A stretch of DNA of 64,000 nt from an uncultured Planctomycetota bacterium. GTDB lineage: Bacteria; Planctomycetota; Planctomycetia; Isosphaerales; Isosphaeraceae. The stretch covers positions 270,575 through 334,574 of the forward strand of contig CAVZRT010000002.1 in the NCBI GenBank assembly GCA_963777705.1, given 5' to 3'. Each line of letters opens with the position of its first letter. The first letter of the stretch is position 1. The notes under the pieces were generated by a model. The model was not told the DNA's origin, did no database searches, and saw only the letters and a program-made list of their open reading frames with translations. The translations under genes were made by a program, and so were the position numbers. Below are positions 63,183 to 64,000 of the stretch, one piece after another.

Positions 63183-63728
63183 ATGAGCAAGTACGTCAAA
63201 GAAATGATGATGGACCAGTTCAAGAGCGAGCTCGACGGCAGCCGCTCGGTCTTGATCCTGGACTTCAAGGGTTTGGACGCGGTCTCGGAGAACAAGCTCC
63301 GGCTGGACCTGCGCAAGAAGAAGATCAAGATGCGGGCGCTGAAGAACTCGCTGGCCCGCCGCGTGTTCGCCGACGCGGGGATTCATGGCCTGGACAAGAT
63401 CCTCACCGGCCCGAGCGTGGCGGTTTGGGGCGGCGACGGCGTGGCCGAGCTGGCCAAGGAGATCTCCGCCCAGGTCAAGAAGCTGAAGAAGCCGGAGATC
63501 AAGGGTGGGGCGGTCGATGGCATCGTCATCGCCGCCTCGCAGGTCGAGGCCATCACCAAGCTACCCAGCCGCGAGGCCCTCATCGGCCGAGTGGTCAGCC
63601 TGGCCCTGGCGCCCGCCGCCCGCGTGGTGGCCCTGGCCAACGCCCCGGCGTCCGGCCTGCTCGGGCAACTCAAGACCCTGGCCGAGCCGAAAGAGGCCGA
63701 AGCCGCCCCGACCGCCGAAGGTGCCTGA
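63183..63728 (+). CDS. rplJ: 50S ribosomal protein L10
   Basis: Intact 181-aa ORF with L10 family similarity (LKNSLARRVF...GPSVAVWGG). Confidence 0.9.
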   Translation: MSKYVKEMMMDQFKSELDGSRSVLILDFKGLDAVSENKLRLDLRKKKIKMRALKNSLARRVFADAGIHGLDKILTGPSVAVWGGDGVAELAKEISAQVKKLKKPEIKGGAVDGIVIAASQVEAITKLPSREALIGRVVSLALAPAARVVALANAPASGLLGQLKTLAEPKEAEAAPTAEGA

Positions 63729-63851
63729 TACCGCCCGCAATCGTTCATCGTCCCTGATCTTTGGAGGATGCGAAGCTCGCATCCGGAGATTTTCCCCACA
63801 ATCGGCGCGAACTTCGCGCCGTCGCCCTACGTAGAAAGGATCGCTTTCGCG

Positions 63852-64000
63852 ATGTCTACCGCCGAGATGACTTTCACCGACACCATCAAGACCCTGGGCG
63901 ACTCGATCGTCAAGCTCACCGTGCTCGAGGCCAAGAGCCTGGGCGATTACCTGGAGAACGTCCATGGGATCAAGGCCGCCGCCGTGGCCGCCGGTCCCGC
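63852..64000 (+). CDS. rplL: 50S ribosomal protein L7/L12 (5' partial; continues beyond window)
   Basis: MSTAEMTFTDTIKTLGDSIVKLTVLEAKSLGDYLENVHGIKAAAVAAGPA, the L7/L12 N-terminal dimerisation domain. Confidence 0.85.
   Translation, partial: MSTAEMTFTDTIKTLGDSIVKLTVLEAKSLGDYLENVHGIKAAAVAAGP

Overview
High-GC (about 68-70%) chromosomal segment from a Planctomycetota-like genome. The affiliation rests on EF-Tu carrying the planctomycete-type insertion ([24 protein letters not shown]), on several ECF sigma factors with one ECF-sigma/Ser-Thr-kinase pair, and on a long SecE. The 3' end holds the conserved cluster tRNA-Thr/Tyr/Gly/Thr - tuf - rpmG - tRNA-Trp - secE - nusG - rplK - rplA - rplJ - rplL. 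The remainder is housekeeping and accessory genes: modABC, pyrE, cobU/cobS, eda, a DAHP synthase, an rRNA pseudouridine synthase, a GH2 glycoside hydrolase, a flotillin, a bestrophin-like protein, a selenium-binding protein, an S1/P1 nuclease, ComEA, and several sigma factors including an RpoD-like one. There is also a MerR/B12-binding regulator directly upstream of a sigma-70 gene, and a XerC/D-type recombinase. Most notable is a roughly 2 kb low-GC (about 50%) insertion carrying an ATGA-coupled AAA15/ABC-type ATPase plus a TOPRIM/DUF4435-like gene (OLD/PARIS-like defence module) next to a KAP-family membrane P-loop NTPase. Also notable are a tightly coupled operon of a 2H phosphoesterase, a Uma2 endonuclease, an XPB helicase and a Bax1-like nuclease; an AT-rich islet with an XRE/CI-like repressor, a perfect palindromic operator, an orphan 200-aa ORF and a small SD-preceded ORF; two copies of a 58-bp palindromic repeat family; and an ECF sigma whose region 4 reads in-frame into a HlyD-like adaptor. 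Conserved genes are interrupted by many single-base indels (tuf alone needs at least 4; also nusG, rpmG, the rpoD-like gene, modC, pyrE, cobS and others), which points to pervasive indel errors in the assembly rather than pseudogenes. Because of these indels, many genes are reported as spans joining 2-4 ORF fragments. Manually placed coordinates, especially tRNAs and repeats, are good to roughly 1-3 nt. No CRISPR array or rRNA was seen.
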